Source: Gemmatimonadota bacterium
Lineage (GTDB): Bacteria; Gemmatimonadota; Gemmatimonadetes; Gemmatimonadales; Gemmatimonadaceae
Length of the DNA: 64,000 bases
Reading direction: 5' to 3'
Assembly: GCA_023249305.1 (NCBI GenBank)
Contig: JAHFCU010000004.1
Location: 10,399 to 74,398, forward strand
Both the position numbers and the translations under genes were made by a program. Shown here piece by piece: positions 37,683 to 46,695 of the stretch. The notes under the pieces were generated by a model that ran no database searches, was not told the origin of the DNA, and saw only the letters and a program-made list of their open reading frames with translations. Each line of letters begins with the position of its first letter. The stretch's first letter is position 1.

Positions 37683-39566
37683 ATGTCGCACCCCCTCGAC
37701 GATCTTTTCATCGCGTTCCAGACGGCGCTCGCCGGCCGCTATTCGATTGATCGGGAGATCGGCCGCGGCGGCATGGGAATCGTCTACCTCGCGCGCGAAG
37801 TGGACCTTGACCGTCCGGTCGCCATCAAGTTGCTCCCGCCGGAGCGCGCGCTCGATGACGTCGTCCGTGAGCGGTTCCTGCGCGAGGCGCGGACTGCCGC
37901 GCGACTGTCGCATCCGAACATCATCCCGATACACGCGGTAGACGAAACGGGCGGCTTCGTGTACTACGTGATGGCCTTCGTGGACGGCGAGTCGCTGGCA
38001 CAGCGGGTGCGCACGCGTGGCCCGCTGCCGGCGTCCGAAGGCGCGCGCCTGTTGCGCGAGGCGGCGTGGGCGCTCGCCAGCGCGCACGCACAGGGCGTGG
38101 TGCATCGCGACGTGAAGCCCGACAACATTCTTATCGAATCGGCATCGCAGCGTGTGCTCGTCGCCGACTTCGGCATCGCCGCTGCCTTGGGCGACGCGAG
38201 CGGTGACGGTGTGAGCGGCACGCCCGAGTTCATGAGCCCCGAGCAGGCGCTCGGCCACGAACTCGATGCGCGCAGTGATCTCTATTCGCTGGGCGCGACG
38301 GCATTTTTCGCCTTCTCTGGTCGCCTGCCGTTCGAGGGCAGCACCCCCACCGAAGTGCTCGCGAAGCAAGTCACCGAGCCGGCGGCGCCGCTCGGATCGC
38401 TCGGGGTCCCCGTGCCGCGCAAAGTGGCGTCGCTCGTGGATCGCTGCCTGGCGAAGGACCCTGCACACCGCCCCGCGAGCGCCACCGCGCTAGCCGAACA
38501 ACTTGGCGTGGCGCTCGAACAGCGGCGTGAAGTCCCCGTGGCTTTGCGCGCGTTCGCCAAGCGCAACGGCCGGCTCGACGGCGGAGGAACGCTGCTCAGC
38601 GCGTTCGGCGTCTTGCTTGCGTCCGTCAGCGTGTCGGCATTCTACGGCGGTTGGGCGGGCCTCGGCGCGCTGGTCGTCGGCTCGACGTTGCTCCCCTTCG
38701 CCGCGCTCGCGGCGGCGGCGCGTCGGTTGGCGCGATTGGGCTTCGCGCACATTGACGTCGCCCCGGCCTTTCAGGCGGAGATGGACGCGACGCGCGAGGA
38801 ACTGGCTGTAGAGCACGCGCCCGAGGCGACGCGGGCGGAACGCTGGCTCAAGCCGGTCGTGCTAGCGAGCGCTCTCACTGCCGCTGGGTCTCTCAGCGGA
38901 CTTCTGGTCCTGCTCGCGTCGGGTGGACCACCGGGACCGTGGGTGCGCTGGCTCCCCCAACTCCTGCTAGGGTCATGGTCAACATTCATACTGAGTGGCA
39001 TGGGCTTCCTCGCCCTGCTGCAGCGCCGTCGCGACGTGGACACCGGATTCTGGGCGGGAGTCTGGAACAGCCGGATCGGCCGCGCGGCGTGGTCGCTTGG
39101 ACGCCGACTGATTCGCGGACCGATCACCGAGTCGGCCATCACGCATCGGGCAACCGAGTTGTCACTCGGCATGGCCGCTGAGAGTCTGTTTCACAGTTTG
39201 CCGCGTGCGACGCGCGAGCAACTCGGTGACTTACCATCGGTACTGCATCGCCTGCAGGACGACGCGCAGCAACTGCGACATCATCTGGACGGACTGCAGG
39301 ACGTGCTGAACGACGCTGGCGAAGGCGCGACGGCGGAATCGTACGAACCGGTGCGCCGCGACCGCGACACACTGCAGGCGAAGCTCGGCGAGACGGTGGC
39401 CGCGCTGGAGACGATTCGCCTGAACTTGCTGCGCCTGCACGCGGGATCGCTCAGCGTCGCCGGTCTCACGACGCACATCGGACTCGCGGCGGACGTTTCG
39501 GCCGAAGTCGAGCGCCTGCTTGCCGCCCAGGACGAAGTACAGCGGCTCCTCAAGCAGCCCGAGTAG
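37683..39566 (+). CDS. membrane-anchored Ser/Thr protein kinase
   Basis: ORF 37509..39566, trimmed to ATG 37683. Kinase motifs are GRGGMGIVYLA, AIK, HRDVKPDNIL, DFG and GTPEFMSPE. Several hydrophobic segments and a helical C-terminus follow. Confidence 0.85.
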   Translation: MSHPLDDLFIAFQTALAGRYSIDREIGRGGMGIVYLAREVDLDRPVAIKLLPPERALDDVVRERFLREARTAARLSHPNIIPIHAVDETGGFVYYVMAFVDGESLAQRVRTRGPLPASEGARLLREAAWALASAHAQGVVHRDVKPDNILIESASQRVLVADFGIAAALGDASGDGVSGTPEFMSPEQALGHELDARSDLYSLGATAFFAFSGRLPFEGSTPTEVLAKQVTEPAAPLGSLGVPVPRKVASLVDRCLAKDPAHRPASATALAEQLGVALEQRREVPVALRAFAKRNGRLDGGGTLLSAFGVLLASVSVSAFYGGWAGLGALVVGSTLLPFAALAAAARRLARLGFAHIDVAPAFQAEMDATREELAVEHAPEATRAERWLKPVVLASALTAAGSLSGLLVLLASGGPPGPWVRWLPQLLLGSWSTFILSGMGFLALLQRRRDVDTGFWAGVWNSRIGRAAWSLGRRLIRGPITESAITHRATELSLGMAAESLFHSLPRATREQLGDLPSVLHRLQDDAQQLRHHLDGLQDVLNDAGEGATAESYEPVRRDRDTLQAKLGETVAALETIRLNLLRLHAGSLSVAGLTTHIGLAADVSAEVERLLAAQDEVQRLLKQPE

Positions 39567-39617
39567 CAGACGACGGCTAGGGAATTCGCGCGCCCAGCGT
39601 GAGCAGTCTGTCGCTGC

Positions 39618-40121
39618 TTACCGCCCCGTGGACCCGAACCCGCCGTTGCGGGTGGTCGTCGCCTTCACTTCTCCGCGGGTGAAGTCACTCGTTTCGTATC
39701 GCGCCAGTACCAGTTGCGCGATGCGCTCGCCGTGCCTGATGACCAGTTCCCGCGTGCCCCTGTGCCCCACCGGAACGCACCACTCGTCCGGGTAGTCCGC
39801 GTCGATCGTCCCCGGCGAGTTCACGATCACGATGTCCGTCTTGAGCGAAGTGCCCGAGCGCGGACGCACTTGCGCTTCGATGCCGACCGGGAGCCGCGTG
39901 CGGAAGCCGAGCGGCACGAGCGCCCGTTCACCCGCATGCAGCACCAGCACCGCCGTGCCGTCACGCATTTCAGTGGCCCGCTCCGACATGACGCCGTCGA
40001 GAAACACCCGTACCGAGCGTCCGGTAAGGTACGCGGCGAGGTCATAGCCGGCGCTGTGTTCCGTGGCGCGCGTCGGCGGTATGACGTCGGGATGGAGCGG
40101 TTCGAAGATGATGGCGGTCAC
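39618..40121 (-). CDS. dut: dUTP diphosphatase
   Basis: ORF 39618..40223, trimmed to GTG 40121. Motifs are SAGYDL, RPRSG, GTIDADY and FGSTG. Confidence 0.85.
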   Translation of the reverse strand: MTAIIFEPLHPDVIPPTRATEHSAGYDLAAYLTGRSVRVFLDGVMSERATEMRDGTAVLVLHAGERALVPLGFRTRLPVGIEAQVRPRSGTSLKTDIVIVNSPGTIDADYPDEWCVPVGHRGTRELVIRHGERIAQLVLARYETSDFTRGEVKATTTRNGGFGSTGR

Positions 40122-40319
40122 AGGCAAGTGAGCCAGAGGTGGACGTCGAGGTCGTCGCACACTTGGCGACGCGCGGAATGTAGTGCGCGCGGCTCCGTCC
40201 GTCTGCTGGGCCCTTCCGCCCACGCGCCGCGCCGGCCCAGGGAACCGTTGGGCCGCGGTGGCCTATTATCTTTGTGCTGTCGAGTCGTCGTCGGCGTTGT
40301 TCCCCCCACCGGGTCCCGC

Positions 40320-42137
40320 GTGCCTGCCGTGATCAGCCTCCCATCGTCCCGACTCTTCCGATTTACGCTCACCGCGACGCTCTGCGTGGCGGGCACGCTT
40401 CACGCCCAGCGCCGCCCGATGAATCCAGGCGGCGGCCCGCCGCGCGGCGGGCCGCCGGGCGAACGCGTCGAACCCGCCCCGCTTCCCGACATCACGTACG
40501 ACACTACGACTCCCGAGGGGGCAGCGCGGGCGGCGCAACGTCGGTTCGAGTTGCTGCGTCGCAACAACCTTCCCACTGCCCATAGCTCACGCCCCAGCAA
40601 CTGCGACGAGCAGGTCGGCCGGTGGTGCTACTGGTACGATGAGAAGGCGCCCAAGTCGATCGAGCTCGGCGTGGTCTCGCACGGACGCGATTCGCTGATG
40701 CGCGTGCTCGACTCGCTGGCCCGCATCGTCCCGGCCAACCGCTGGATTGTCGGCCAGCGCATCAGGTATCTCGCCGAAGCCCAGCGCCACGACGACGCGC
40801 TCAACGCGGCGCGCGCGTGCCAGTCCGACGGGTGGTGGTGCGCGGGGCTGGTTGCGTTCAGCCAGCACATGCGCGGCGACTACGCCGCCGCAGACAGCGG
40901 CTTCCGCCTGGTGCAGTCGCAGATGACAGAGCGCGAGCGCTGCCAGTGGCGCGACATCTCGCTGCTCATTGACGATGATACGCGGCAGGAATACCGCCGC
41001 CTCCCGTGCGGCGCCGAACGCGAGGCGTTCGAGGATCGCGTCTGGTGGTACTCACGCACGCTGTACGGATTGCGCGGCAACGACTCGCGCACCGAGTGGA
41101 ACGCCCGCCAGTTGATGGTGCGCCTCTATCAGGATGGGCCGGGCGCGTATCAGTTCGGCTTCGATGAAGACGAACGCGAACTACTGCTGCGCTTCGGCTG
41201 GCCGCGCTACTGGGCCCGAGGCGGTGGCGATCCGCGCAGCGGCGGCTTCAGCATCGTGACCGATGAGGCATCGCCCGCGTACCGCTACATCCCCGCAGGC
41301 AATGTGCTCGGCAATCCGGCGCTTTCCGACTCGGCGCAGTGGCGCCTCCACCGGCCGCCGGTGATTGGCCGGTATGCCCCGCCCTACGCGCGCACGCTTG
41401 TCGCCCTCGAGCATCAGCAGGCGATGTTCCGTCGCGGTGATTCAGCGCTGCTCGTGATGTCGTACGACGTCTCGGGGGTGAAGGGCCTGGGCGACGCCGC
41501 GCGCCGACGCGCGGCGCTGGTGGTGGCGCAGGGCGAGCAACCGCGGCCGCGCATCACCGCCCGCGACCGGGCCAGCGTACGCGACACGATGTCGGTGTCG
41601 GGCACGTGGGGACCAATGCTCTTCAGCGGCGAGGTGTGGGCGCCTGATTCGAGCGTCGTCGCCCGCGCGCGCTACGGCGTGCATCCGCCCTATGCGGTGG
41701 ACACGCGGGTCACGGTGTCGGACCTGCTCTTCTACAAGCCGTCGGGCGCATCGCCAAGCTCAGTGCCAGAGGCGCTCGCCCTCGCGCTGCCCACCGAGCG
41801 CGTGGTGGCGGGAGCACCGCTTGGTGTGTACTGGGAGACCTACGGCACGAATCCGGATGGCGAGCAGATAGGGCTCACGGTCACGGTGGTGCGCGAAGTG
41901 GAGGAGGGCGGATTCCTCCGGCGCAAGAACGAGCAGTTGCGCCTCGTCCGCCAGGCGACGCCGGTAAGCGTGTCGGTGAACGACCTTACCATGCGCGGGC
42001 ACACGACGTCGCCGCGCGCGGTGCAACTGGACCTCTCGACGCTCAAAAAGGGCGCGTACATCGTACAGCTCGAGATTGAAGTCGCGGGCCAGTACCCCCT
42101 GCGGGCCGATCATCGCATCGAGATCGTGGAGAGGTAG
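40320..42137 (+). CDS. hypothetical secreted protein (Cys/Trp-rich N-terminal half)
   Basis: ORF 39714..42137; its first 400 nt are antisense to dut. I trimmed it to GTG 40320, which gives VPAVISLPSSRLFRFTLTATLCVAGTLHAQ. GTG 40329 is an alternative start. No family assigned. Confidence 0.5.
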   Translation: MPAVISLPSSRLFRFTLTATLCVAGTLHAQRRPMNPGGGPPRGGPPGERVEPAPLPDITYDTTTPEGAARAAQRRFELLRRNNLPTAHSSRPSNCDEQVGRWCYWYDEKAPKSIELGVVSHGRDSLMRVLDSLARIVPANRWIVGQRIRYLAEAQRHDDALNAARACQSDGWWCAGLVAFSQHMRGDYAAADSGFRLVQSQMTERERCQWRDISLLIDDDTRQEYRRLPCGAEREAFEDRVWWYSRTLYGLRGNDSRTEWNARQLMVRLYQDGPGAYQFGFDEDERELLLRFGWPRYWARGGGDPRSGGFSIVTDEASPAYRYIPAGNVLGNPALSDSAQWRLHRPPVIGRYAPPYARTLVALEHQQAMFRRGDSALLVMSYDVSGVKGLGDAARRRAALVVAQGEQPRPRITARDRASVRDTMSVSGTWGPMLFSGEVWAPDSSVVARARYGVHPPYAVDTRVTVSDLLFYKPSGASPSSVPEALALALPTERVVAGAPLGVYWETYGTNPDGEQIGLTVTVVREVEEGGFLRRKNEQLRLVRQATPVSVSVNDLTMRGHTTSPRAVQLDLSTLKKGAYIVQLEIEVAGQYPLRADHRIEIVER

Positions 42138-42171
42138 TGGCGCGGCGCCGGCGGCGATCGTCTTCAGGCAG

Positions 42172-43263
42172 ATGATAAACCTGCATCGCTCGCTGCTCTT
42201 CGCCGCCGTGATCGGCGGTGCTGCCCTTCCGATTCGCGCACAGAACCCCGCGCCTCCGGCCACGCCTCCGGCCACACCGCCGGCCACACCACCGGCCGCG
42301 CCGAGCGTAGCGGCGCCCGCCAGCCAGGCACAGACCGACAAGCCCGTGATCCCCGGGAAGACTGCCGCGCGTAAGAATGCCGCCGGCAAGCGCGCCAAGA
42401 ACGCGGCCGTGCCCGTGGATAGCGAGGCCAGGCTCGATTCAATCTTGAACTTGCGCTGGCCCGTGAAGGGACCGGAGCCATTGCCGGGCTCGGTCCTCCC
42501 GGGTAAGCGCATCGTGGCGTACTACGGCAATCCGCTGTCGAGGCGCATGGGCGTTCTCGGCGAATACGAACCAGAGCAGATGCTCGCTATGCTCGACAGC
42601 GAGGTGAAGGCGTGGACGCAAGCCGATCCGACGACGCCCGTGCAGCCGGCCCTGCAGCTCATCGCCGTTGTCGCACAGGGCAATGCGGGACCCGACGGCA
42701 GGTATCGTGCGCGTATGCCCGATACGCTCATCGAACGCGTCGCGTCGTGGGCAGCGAAGCGCAGTGCGCTCGTCTTCCTCGACATCCAGGTGGGCAAGAG
42801 CACGCTACAGGAAGAGCTGCCGCGCCTCGAGAAGTTCCTTTCGCGGCCGAACTTCCACCTCGGCATTGACCCCGAGTTCTCGATGAAGAAGGGCGGCGTG
42901 CCCGGCAAGAAGATCGGCACGTACGACGCCGAGGACGTGAACTACGCGTCGCGCTTCCTGCAGGAGCTCGTGACGCGCTACAAGCTTACGCCCAAGGTGC
43001 TGGTCGTGCACCGCTTCACGCGCAATGGCGTGACGAACACGCCGCGCATTATGCTCGACGCGCGTGTGCAGGTGGTGATGGATATGGACGGCTTTGGCCC
43101 GCCGCACCTAAAGCGCGGCACGTTTCGCTCGTGGATCAAGGCGGAGCCTGTGCAGTTCGTCGGCTGGAAGCAGTTCTACAAGCCGAGGAACGACAATCCG
43201 CGCACGACGATCGCGGAGATCCTGAAGCTCAACCCACGGCCACTGTATATACAGTACCAGTAG
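42172..43263 (+). CDS. hypothetical secreted protein with (PPAT)3 Pro-rich linker
   Basis: ORF 42076..43263, trimmed to ATG 42172 (MINLHRSLLFAAVIGGAALPIRAQ). No family assigned. Confidence 0.55.
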   Translation: MINLHRSLLFAAVIGGAALPIRAQNPAPPATPPATPPATPPAAPSVAAPASQAQTDKPVIPGKTAARKNAAGKRAKNAAVPVDSEARLDSILNLRWPVKGPEPLPGSVLPGKRIVAYYGNPLSRRMGVLGEYEPEQMLAMLDSEVKAWTQADPTTPVQPALQLIAVVAQGNAGPDGRYRARMPDTLIERVASWAAKRSALVFLDIQVGKSTLQEELPRLEKFLSRPNFHLGIDPEFSMKKGGVPGKKIGTYDAEDVNYASRFLQELVTRYKLTPKVLVVHRFTRNGVTNTPRIMLDARVQVVMDMDGFGPPHLKRGTFRSWIKAEPVQFVGWKQFYKPRNDNPRTTIAEILKLNPRPLYIQYQ

Positions 43264-43280
43264 CACGCGTTCCTCGCGTC

Positions 43281-44753
43281 CTACCGCACGAAGTAGTCCC
43301 CGACGCGGATGCCGTAATGGTCCGCGTCGAGCGTCTCGACTATCGAGCGCGTGAAGTGGCCGTTCGCATCCGTCTCGCCCAAGTCGGCTTGCACTCCGGG
43401 GTGGAATAGGTTCCCCTCGCGGTCGCTGACGATGTAGACGAGCGGCCGGTCGGAAAGCTCCGGATCGGGATTCACTCCGCGTGACACCGCAATCTCAAAC
43501 GTGTCGAGCAGCAGGACCGTCCCCACGGGATACGCGCCGAGCATTTCCACGAAGGCGCGCACGCAGGTGGGATCAAGAAACGTGTCGGCCGTGCGCTTCA
43601 TTTCAGCGACGTATTCTGCCGGCCGGCGAACAGGCGTGCGATAGCCGAGGTTCGTCGTCGCCGCATCGAAGATCTCGATCACGCTGACGATCCGGCTGTA
43701 CAGCCCCACCGGACGCTGGCGGAGGCGCCGCGGGTATCCGCCGCCGTCCGGCTTCAGGTGATGCTCGTACGCCACGAGCATCGCGTGGTACGGATACTCG
43801 CCGTGCTCGCGCACCTGGAACAGCGTGAGCACACCGAGCCAGGTGTGGCCGGTGATGATGCGCCAGTCGTCCGCGGAGAGCGCGCCCTTCTGCTCGAGAA
43901 TCTCCGGAGCGATGCGCGCCTTGCCGCAGTCGTGGAACAGTGCGGCCAGCCCGAGATCATACAGTTGCGTGTGTGACAGCCCGAGCCGGCGCCCCAGCGC
44001 GACGGCGAATATGCAGACGTTCACCGCGTGCGTGAACGTGGCGTCCTCGTACTCACGCACGGTGGTGAGACCCAGCATCGAGGCTTCGTCCGTGAGAATA
44101 CGGTCCACAACCGACTGCACGGTGCGCTTGAGCGCCCGTAGGTTGGGCCCGTGTCCCTGCGCGATGGCGCGCATCACCTCGGCGGCCGCCGCCACCGAGC
44201 GCGCATACGCGCCCTTGGCCAGGTCGGCCGACGCCTCGGCCCCTGCCCCGCCCTCTTCGGCCTTCACGGGCGGCTCGATCTCAAACGCCGTGACGCCGGC
44301 CGATTCGAGCCGCTGCCGCAGCGCGTGATAGCGGATCGTGCCGCTGGCGCCAGTCGGTGAGTTGAGCGCGACCACGAGCACCGACCAGTCGCGTACTGTC
44401 GCCGCGGGCGACACGCGCAGCACGCCGGTGCCGCTCGCCCGGCACTGGGCGATCAGGTACGCAACCATTGCGTAGTTGTCGAGGTCGAGCCGCAGGCGCG
44501 TCTGGTTGACGAAGAGGAACTCGCCGGCGATGCGCAGTTCCATCACACCGTCTTCCGAGGTGAGCACCGCGGCCGCGGCTTGCAGGTCGTGCACCGACTT
44601 CTGCACGACCGGATTATCGGCCGGGTAGAGGCGCAGGCTGCGCATCGCGCCGCCGAAGGCCTGCACCAGCGCGCGCCCGCCGGCGCGCACCGCACCCTCG
44701 TCCACATCGCGCACCGGCATGGCGGCGCTGCTCCGCGCGTCGGGAGCGGTCAT
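43281..44753 (-). CDS. HD-GYP domain protein (cyclic-di-GMP phosphodiesterase family) with an N-terminal uncharacterised domain
   Basis: 490 aa. HD-GYP motifs are HAVNVC ... LFHDCGK ... EHHLKPDGGGYP. Confidence 0.85.
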   Translation of the reverse strand: MTAPDARSSAAMPVRDVDEGAVRAGGRALVQAFGGAMRSLRLYPADNPVVQKSVHDLQAAAAVLTSEDGVMELRIAGEFLFVNQTRLRLDLDNYAMVAYLIAQCRASGTGVLRVSPAATVRDWSVLVVALNSPTGASGTIRYHALRQRLESAGVTAFEIEPPVKAEEGGAGAEASADLAKGAYARSVAAAAEVMRAIAQGHGPNLRALKRTVQSVVDRILTDEASMLGLTTVREYEDATFTHAVNVCIFAVALGRRLGLSHTQLYDLGLAALFHDCGKARIAPEILEQKGALSADDWRIITGHTWLGVLTLFQVREHGEYPYHAMLVAYEHHLKPDGGGYPRRLRQRPVGLYSRIVSVIEIFDAATTNLGYRTPVRRPAEYVAEMKRTADTFLDPTCVRAFVEMLGAYPVGTVLLLDTFEIAVSRGVNPDPELSDRPLVYIVSDREGNLFHPGVQADLGETDANGHFTRSIVETLDADHYGIRVGDYFVR

Positions 44754-46492
44754 GCGTCACCTCCGCGCGCCAACGCGGCCCGCACCGCCTGCCGCACCAG
44801 CGGCTCGTCCGTGTCGGCGGCGGCGCGCAGCACGTCGCGCGCCGCCGGTGTATTGACGCGTCCAAGCGCCGCGGCGGAGCAGGCACGGGTGTCCGGATCA
44901 GACTTGCGCTTGAAGAATCCCTTCGCTCCGATGAGCTGCCCCGAGAGCCACGGCACTCCCGTGTCGCCGCACAGCGCGCCGTACAGCTCGAACAAGGCGC
45001 GCCGCTCGTGCCCGTCCATCTCGCGCACTTCCTGGCTCTGCACGCGCTCGGTCACTCGTGCGAGCACCGGGCGGTAGGCGGCCGACGCGAGTGCCCTCAG
45101 CGCGGTCGTGCGCAACGCGGTGTTCTCGTCATTCATCGCCCGCTCGACGCCAGCCAGCGCGCGCGGCGTGGCAATCGCGATGAGCGCCGCCAGAGCGGCG
45201 GCGCGCCGCGGCTCTTCCGCGTGCCCGAGCTGCTTTACCAGCGCCACCACTGATGCGTCGAGCCGCTGCGCGCCGCAACGCCGCATCGCCTCGAACGCCA
45301 CATCATCGCGCTCGGCATGGACGAGCTTCACGAGCTCCGCCGGGTCAGTGGAGGCGAGCCGTTCGCTTGCCGCGGCGTAAAGCATACGCAACTCGTGATG
45401 ACGCGACTCGGCCATCCAGCGAAAAATCGCGCCCAGCGCCGTGGGATTGAGTCGCGCGAGTACCTCGCTGACGGACGCGCTGGTCGGCTGCAGCTCGGCG
45501 GTGTCCACCCACTCCAGCAGCGGATCGAGCAGCGCAGGATCACTCAATCGCGACCCGAACTGCACGACCGCGGCGCGCGCCTCGTCGGACATACCGTGGC
45601 CCCGCGTGACCGCCAGGCTGGACTCGCGCAGCAGGTGCGCCATCGCCTCGAACGAACGCGACGACAGGTGCAGGAGCATGAGCGCATCGAGCTGCCGAGC
45701 GACTTCGGCGCGCACCGCAGGGTCGCGCTGCAGCTCGAAGATGTCGAGCAGCACATCGGTGACGTCGCGCCGAAGGTCGGCCTCGTACTCGCGCGCGATG
45801 CCATCGCGGAGATGCCGCATCGCCTCGGCGCGCGCCTGCGCCGCCGCTTCGTCCGGAGCAGCATCGGCGCGCAGGAGTCTCTCGAGCGCGCTGCCGCGCG
45901 CCGCTTCCGCTCGCCGCCGCGCCGCCTCGACTGCTTCGCGGGTATCACCGCGCACTGTCGTGGAGGCCGGCCAGCGTCCCGGCGTCGCCGACGGATCGAG
46001 CGGCGCCCCTTCGCTGCTGACCGTGTCCACGTAGCGGTACGACAGGTGCGAGAAGTCCTGCGCCCAGAGCAGCGTCAGCACATCCTCTTCCCAATCTTGC
46101 GCACGCCGTACCTTCGGGATGATGTCGAGAAGCGCCTCGATCTCCTCCTCCTCGAAGCCGCGCGAGAGCGTGACCTGCCGCACGCCGTCCTTGAAGAGCG
46201 TCCACGGCAGCGAGTCGGATGCCTTCTCCGGCTCGTCGAGCACCACCTCGCGGCCGCAGGTCAACTGTGTCTCGCTCACCTGCAGCGTCACCGCGCCGGT
46301 CTCGTCCCACACGTGACGGAACGCCACACGTAGCGCCTCGAGCGTCTTCAGGTAGGTCGGATTGGTGATTGGGTAGAGCTGATGCAGCCGCACCGTCTTG
46401 TCGAGCTGACGCAGCAACTCCTGCAGCAGTTCCGGCGCGCATGGCGGCGGACTGACGGCGTCAACGGCGTCGTGGGCGTCGGGCGTGCTCAT
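44750..46492 (-). CDS. hypothetical protein with C-terminal HEAT-like repeats
   Basis: 580 aa. The C-terminus has repeated A/L-rich helices of the form ...R..A..AL..., which are HEAT/PBS-lyase-like. There is a 4-nt overlap (ATGA) with the HD-GYP gene. Confidence 0.6.
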   Translation of the reverse strand: MSTPDAHDAVDAVSPPPCAPELLQELLRQLDKTVRLHQLYPITNPTYLKTLEALRVAFRHVWDETGAVTLQVSETQLTCGREVVLDEPEKASDSLPWTLFKDGVRQVTLSRGFEEEEIEALLDIIPKVRRAQDWEEDVLTLLWAQDFSHLSYRYVDTVSSEGAPLDPSATPGRWPASTTVRGDTREAVEAARRRAEAARGSALERLLRADAAPDEAAAQARAEAMRHLRDGIAREYEADLRRDVTDVLLDIFELQRDPAVRAEVARQLDALMLLHLSSRSFEAMAHLLRESSLAVTRGHGMSDEARAAVVQFGSRLSDPALLDPLLEWVDTAELQPTSASVSEVLARLNPTALGAIFRWMAESRHHELRMLYAAASERLASTDPAELVKLVHAERDDVAFEAMRRCGAQRLDASVVALVKQLGHAEEPRRAAALAALIAIATPRALAGVERAMNDENTALRTTALRALASAAYRPVLARVTERVQSQEVREMDGHERRALFELYGALCGDTGVPWLSGQLIGAKGFFKRKSDPDTRACSAAALGRVNTPAARDVLRAAADTDEPLVRQAVRAALARGGDA

Positions 46493-46695
46493 CTCGCTCC
46501 AAGATACCGTCGTGGCCTTGCGCTGGCATCATGCCCCTGACTCTTCGCCTCGCGCGGGTGAAATCGCGTCGCTCCGCCGCTCCCGCGGCCGGAATGTCCC
46601 GGCGGGGGCATTGTGAAATTCTCTCCGCCTGCCATCTTCTCCACGGTTCCCATGGCTGGTCTTCCGGTCTCCAACTCCTGAAGCGCCGACTTCCG

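Noticed and set aside
39714-40319. The first 200 codons of ORF 39714..42137 as a real N-terminus.
   Set aside because: This stretch is antisense to the well-supported dut gene and is Arg/His-rich nonsense. A signal-peptide-like start exists at GTG 40320.
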